Shown: in pieces, positions 61,601 to 64,000 of the stretch
How positions within the stretch are numbered: the first letter of the stretch is position 1
Layout: each line of letters begins with the position of its first letter
Source: Paraspadella gotoi
Taxonomy: Eukaryota; Animalia; Chaetognatha
Reading direction: 5' to 3'
Length of the DNA stretch: 64,000 nucleotides
Assembly (NCBI GenBank): GCA_051294375.1
Contig: CM119268.1
Span: forward strand, 1,229,218 to 1,293,217
Program-made: the position numbers and the translations under genes
The notes under the pieces: generated by a model
Told to the model about the DNA's origin: nothing
The model's database searches: none
The model's input: only the letters and a program-made list of their open reading frames with translations

Positions 61601-63332
61601 GTTCATCTTCTTGTAAAGCATAAAGGGCATCATAATTTTCTATCCAGCGTGGTTTACTTACTGGTATTTCATCTTCAGATTCAACCAAATCTTTTTCCGT
61701 GTCTTCTATTTTGTCCTCTGAATTTTCAGCACTTTCATCTATTTGATTTTTATAAATATTTTCAAATATTACCTCATTTTCTTCATTACATTCTGTTTGA
61801 GATAGTTCATCTTCTTGCAAAGCATAAAGGGCATCATAATTTTCTATCCAGCGTGGTTTAGTTAATATGTGTTCAGAATTAACCAAATCTTTTTCTATAT
61901 CGTCTTCACTTTTGTCAACTATGTTTTCATTAATTTTATCAATTTTTCTTTCATCATTATTCTTAACTAAACTATCATTTTCTTCCTGACATTCTTTTTC
62001 GGGTAATTCCTCTTCTTGTAAAGCATAAAGGGCATCATAATTTTCAATCCAGCGAGATTTACTTATTCTCATTTCATCTCTAGATTCATCCAAATCGTTT
62101 TCTAGATTGCCTTCAATTTTGTTAACCATATTTTCATTTGTTAAATCTATTTTTCTTTCATCATTATCTTCAACTAAATAACCATTTTCGACTGGGCATT
62201 CAGATGGAAGTAATTCATCTTCTTGTAAAGCATAAAGGGCATCATAATTTTCAAACCATTGACGCTTATGAGGTATTTCATCTTCAGAATCAACCCTATC
62301 ATTTTCTACATAACTATCAATATTTTCATTTTCAAAGATTTTCTTTTCGTCCTCAACCTTAACCTTAACATCTTTTTTTTCTTGACATTTAGCTTGAGGA
62401 AATTCATCCTCTTGTGCCGCACGAGGTTGAGATTCAGATTCATCAATGGAACCATCATTTTCCTTTTGAACTATAGTTTTCTTTAACTTTTCTTCTTGTG
62501 AATCATAAAAAGAATGTTCATCAACCCAATCAGTATTTACGATATTTTCTTCATTTTCAGTTATTATCGTTTTGTTGATTAATTCACTGTCATTCTGAAA
62601 TTTAGGTTGGGTAATTTCTTCATTAGTTAAGGCATCACGAGCATCTCTTACATCTTGGTTATGATCAGAAGATAATACATCGTCCTGTAAAGCATAAAGA
62701 GTATCATAATTTAAAATCCATCCAGGCTCAGTTGTAGATTTATAAGCTACTTCAACATAATTCCCATCAATATTTTCAATATCCTTGCCAACAAAATTTT
62801 TAGGTAATATTTTTTTATGAAAATTATCTGTATTTTCATCAGCTTTTGGTTGAATAATTTCTTCTGCTTGTAAAACATGCAAAGCATCATAAGTTTCAAG
62901 CCATTGAGGTCTGGATATTTTTTTTAAATTATCAACAGACTCAATAAAATAATTTTTATTTTTATTCGTCTCACATACATGATTTTTACCATGATCAATC
63001 AATGACTCACTTTCTTTTTCATCCTTTAATGCATAAAGCATATCATAATTTTTTATCAATTTATTTTCTGTAATTATAGATACATTTTCATTTCTAGTAC
63101 TTAGACTTAAATTATGACACATTGAAAGAACTTTATTTGTATCATAGCAAATTTCATTATAATCTTGGGATGTATCATCTTCCTCCAGTGCATAAAGAGC
63201 ATCATAATTTATAAACCAGTCAGGTTTTAAGACTGTACACTTTGTGATTTTATTCATATCATCAACCTTCATTACCTGCTTAGTTTCTTTACTTTCTTGA
63301 CTGATTGATGTGTCTTGAGATAAATCATTCTT
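55692..63332 (-). CDS. Giant (7641 nt) terminal coding exon of an uncharacterised acidic, low-complexity repeat protein; 5' exons presumably lie beyond the right edge of the window
   Basis: Uninterrupted 2526-aa ORF extends 20 codons upstream of the listed Met (KNDLSQDTSISQESKETKQV) to a strong minus-strand acceptor ttttttttctgcag (AG = plus 63333-63334). Minus-strand AATAAA at 55168-55173 and 55059-55064. Confidence 0.9.
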   Translation of the reverse strand, partial: KNDLSQDTSISQESKETKQVMKVDDMNKITKCTVLKPDWFINYDALYALEEDDTSQDYNEICYDTNKVLSMCHNLSLSTRNENVSIITENKLIKNYDMLYALKDEKESESLIDHGKNHVCETNKNKNYFIESVDNLKKISRPQWLETYDALHVLQAEEIIQPKADENTDNFHKKILPKNFVGKDIENIDGNYVEVAYKSTTEPGWILNYDTLYALQDDVLSSDHNQDVRDARDALTNEEITQPKFQNDSELINKTIITENEENIVNTDWVDEHSFYDSQEEKLKKTIVQKENDGSIDESESQPRAAQEDEFPQAKCQEKKDVKVKVEDEKKIFENENIDSYVENDRVDSEDEIPHKRQWFENYDALYALQEDELLPSECPVENGYLVEDNDERKIDLTNENMVNKIEGNLENDLDESRDEMRISKSRWIENYDALYALQEEELPEKECQEENDSLVKNNDERKIDKINENIVDKSEDDIEKDLVNSEHILTKPRWIENYDALYALQEDELSQTECNEENEVIFENIYKNQIDESAENSEDKIEDTEKDLVESEDEIPVSKPRWIENYDALYALQEDELSQTESNEENEVIFENNYKNQIDESAENTDDKIEDTEKDLVESEDEIPISKPRWIENYDALYALQEDELPQAESHEENEVIIKNNNKNQINESAENIDDKIEDTEKDLVESEDEIPISKPRWIENYDALYALQEDEFSQAEYKEENHDILEDINKKKLDKSTKNIDKKIEGKEKDLVESDDEIPISKPRWIENYDALYALQEDELLQAESHEEKNNILEDNNKKQIDESTKNIDDKIEYVEQDLVESEDEIPISKPHWIENYDALYALQEDELPQAEYKEENHDILEDNNKKQIDESTKNIDDKIEGKEKDLVESDDEIPISKPRWIENYDALYALQEDELPQAECKEENDVILEDNNKKHIDESTKNIDDKIEDKEKDLVDSDDEIPISKPRWIENYDALYALQEDELPQAECKEENDVILEDNNTKQIDENTKNIDDKIEDIEKDLVESDDEIPISKPRWLENYDALYALQEDELPQAECKEENDVILENNNKKQIDESTKNIDDKIEDKEKDLVQSDDEIPISKPRWLENYDALYALQDDELPQAECKEENDVIFEDNNKKQIDESTKNIDDKIEDIEKDLVESDDEIPISKPRWIENYDALYALQEEELPYAESYEENNDIIENNNKNQIDESTKNRHDNVEDIEKHLVESDDKVPISKPRWIENYDALYALQEDELPQAESHEEKNDILENNNKKQLDESTKNIDDKVEYVEKDLIESEDEIPISKPRWIENYDALYALQEDEFYQAEYKEENHDILEDINKKKLDKSTKNIDDKIEGKEKDLVESDDEIPISKPRWIENYDALYALQEDELPQAEYKEENHDILEDNNKKQIDESYENIVEKIEDIEKDLVESDDEIPISKPRWIENYDALYALQEDELPQAECKEENHDILEDNNKKQIDESNKNIDDKIEDIEKDLVESDDEIPISKPRWIENYDALYALQEDELPQTESHEENHDILEDNNKKLIDESTKNIEDKIEDIEKDLVESDDEIPISKPRWIENYDALYALQEDELPQTESHEENHDIHEDDNKKQIDESTKNIEDKIEDIEKDLVESDDEIPISKPRWIENYDALYALQEDELPQTEYKEENHDIFENNNKKQIDENTENIKDKTENKEKDLVESDDELPISKPRWIENYDALYALQEDELSQTDCHEEIDVIIEENNEKETSENIIDKIKDNTEIDMVESDEEIAVRKSKLFENYDALYALQDEDIIQGIGSEEIKELENHDDQGIMEDTSKIKNENIIKDIVYSGDESILVMPPQRKNSLPGLELSQGGIEDKESKLISETSKSIIDEKQDITENNLDDSEEVPHKPRWGENYEALYALQDEQLLQPECKEEIKDIEKSDKELKNEIKENNVKAIEKEYKLQKTKPRFIEDYDALLDKTENLVKNKEIKLDNETSKNLIDNNKDVTENDLAKSEDESPLKKPILIENHDALYALQDQEIPQIEFTENIEEEKQTNETSQMSEDINSENLLEDLVKSKEESSTYKSRWGENYDALYALQEEEIQVDNDVVDIDQDKNVKVESNDTSAVMVKNIENVTGKPGFLESKETTDLNLKVDLNNDTKHEINDEGTEAAFEDNQEDVKTLVKTEKISPVSKLLAIENYEALYAIEDNVHEDEDKILLHNCEKYPEDIVKENKTKNSNIPDKSNRESLIKDGFKNSESSCNEEDASTPINIPSPSAQFNLELNKNIPFSHLTRIEHSVKKYGRRETHTIESQRSKTDHLLESVQEKLLAAVQEEEELAPQVNNDSSGITRRSRESKAPERDILFGELKNMSSGELSPIVEDEEELTESNDLNKLTQLIPGIAEIRSPGIMSPTPGSEIQSQDRASWGEWMDKFIPSHTKQPDEYEHDGDDEADERFEKESELSELDSMYSEADSEWVSDDDDVIEYESYQEIEDNLFVMQSVKEQRPWADIDERDTLRILREAKGNKQNTIVQLIELDKERCKLLGLEG
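58000..62260 (-). repeat. Coding tandem array, 204-bp / 68-aa unit (KPRWIENYDALYALQEDELPQAECKEENDVILEDNNKKQIDESTKNIDDKIEDIEKDLVESDDEIPIS)
   Basis: The motif recurs at exact 204-bp spacing from 58141 to 61813 (19 copies), with more divergent units on both sides. Confidence 0.97.
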
Positions 63333-64000
63333 CTGCAGAAAAAAAATGAAAATTCTTTTCTATTATTTCTATCATTAACTAAATATTATTCGGGAATTTG
63401 AAAAATCTAAACTGAATGTTTGGATATAAGATTTTAGTCGGTTCTGCTTATTGCAGATTCCGACTCTATAATTCACTTTGTTGGTCCGTTGGTCCCATCC
63501 AAATATCTTGTGATTAAATCATTTAGATCATATCAGAACCTCAAATTATGATATATTATGCAAAAAAAATAATGTTCACTCATCCATCTCCAACTCGCAT
63601 TCAACTTCAAATACTCGTGATATGATGGATGGATTGGAATAAGATTTTGTGTGTGGGTAGGAGAGTGTGTGATTGGGTGGGATATAAAGTTTCAATGGAC
63701 TCGTGCAAGTGGAAATGAGTTTAAATTGAAAAAAAGTCACATTCACTTAAAGTTTTTTTTTATTTACTCATAATTAATATAATAATATAAAATTATTTGC
63801 AAAATAAAAATCTTTCCCTAATATATTTTTTAAAAATTTGATTAATAAATTGAAATGAAATTTTTTGTGTGGGTTGGAAAGTATGTAATTAAGCTGGATA
63901 TAATTTTTTAATGGAATCGTAGGAAAAGAATTTTAATTCGAAAATCAAAAGATACATTTATTTAAATTTTTAAAAGTTTCTCTCTCTCTATCTCTCTCTG

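Noticed and set aside
58141-61860. YDALYAL as an eIF4E-binding (YxxxxL-Phi), ITIM or FFAT motif
   Set aside because: The register does not fit: position 6 is Ala, position -2 is Glu, and the essential FFAT aromatic position is Asn.
55692-63332. Giant repeat protein as a neuropeptide precursor for the neighbouring GPCR
   Set aside because: The repeats lack consistent flanking dibasic sites and Gly-Lys/Arg amidation signals, the units are long and acidic, and no signal peptide is visible; adjacency alone is not evidence.

Overview
Eukaryotic (invertebrate metazoan, probably spiralian by inference) genomic DNA, AT-rich and dense in (AG)n microsatellites; almost all ORFs in the supplied track are microsatellite artefacts. 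Two real genes are visible. (1) A 7-exon class A peptide GPCR of the FMRFamide-receptor-like group on the + strand (26871-54824, 529 aa when spliced), with a GC-AG intron, an about 110-aa insertion in ECL2 and a long Ala-rich tail. (2) Converging on it, the 7.6-kb final coding exon of a giant acidic protein on the - strand (63332-55692) built from 68-aa repeats, each carrying a near-invariant W(I/L)ENYDALYAL motif. The GPCR introns hold Penelope-like retroelement remnants (GIY-YIG pseudogene, inverted tails) with several minimal hammerhead ribozymes. The window also has tRNA-headed SINE-like repeats, Helentron/DINE-like elements, MITEs and many minisatellites. Parts of the left half look like unpolished long-read sequence: a noisy direct duplication (about 0.6-7.3 kb vs 12.1-15.9 kb) and a 5.8-kb fold-back palindrome that duplicates GPCR exon 1, both next to 25-N gaps.
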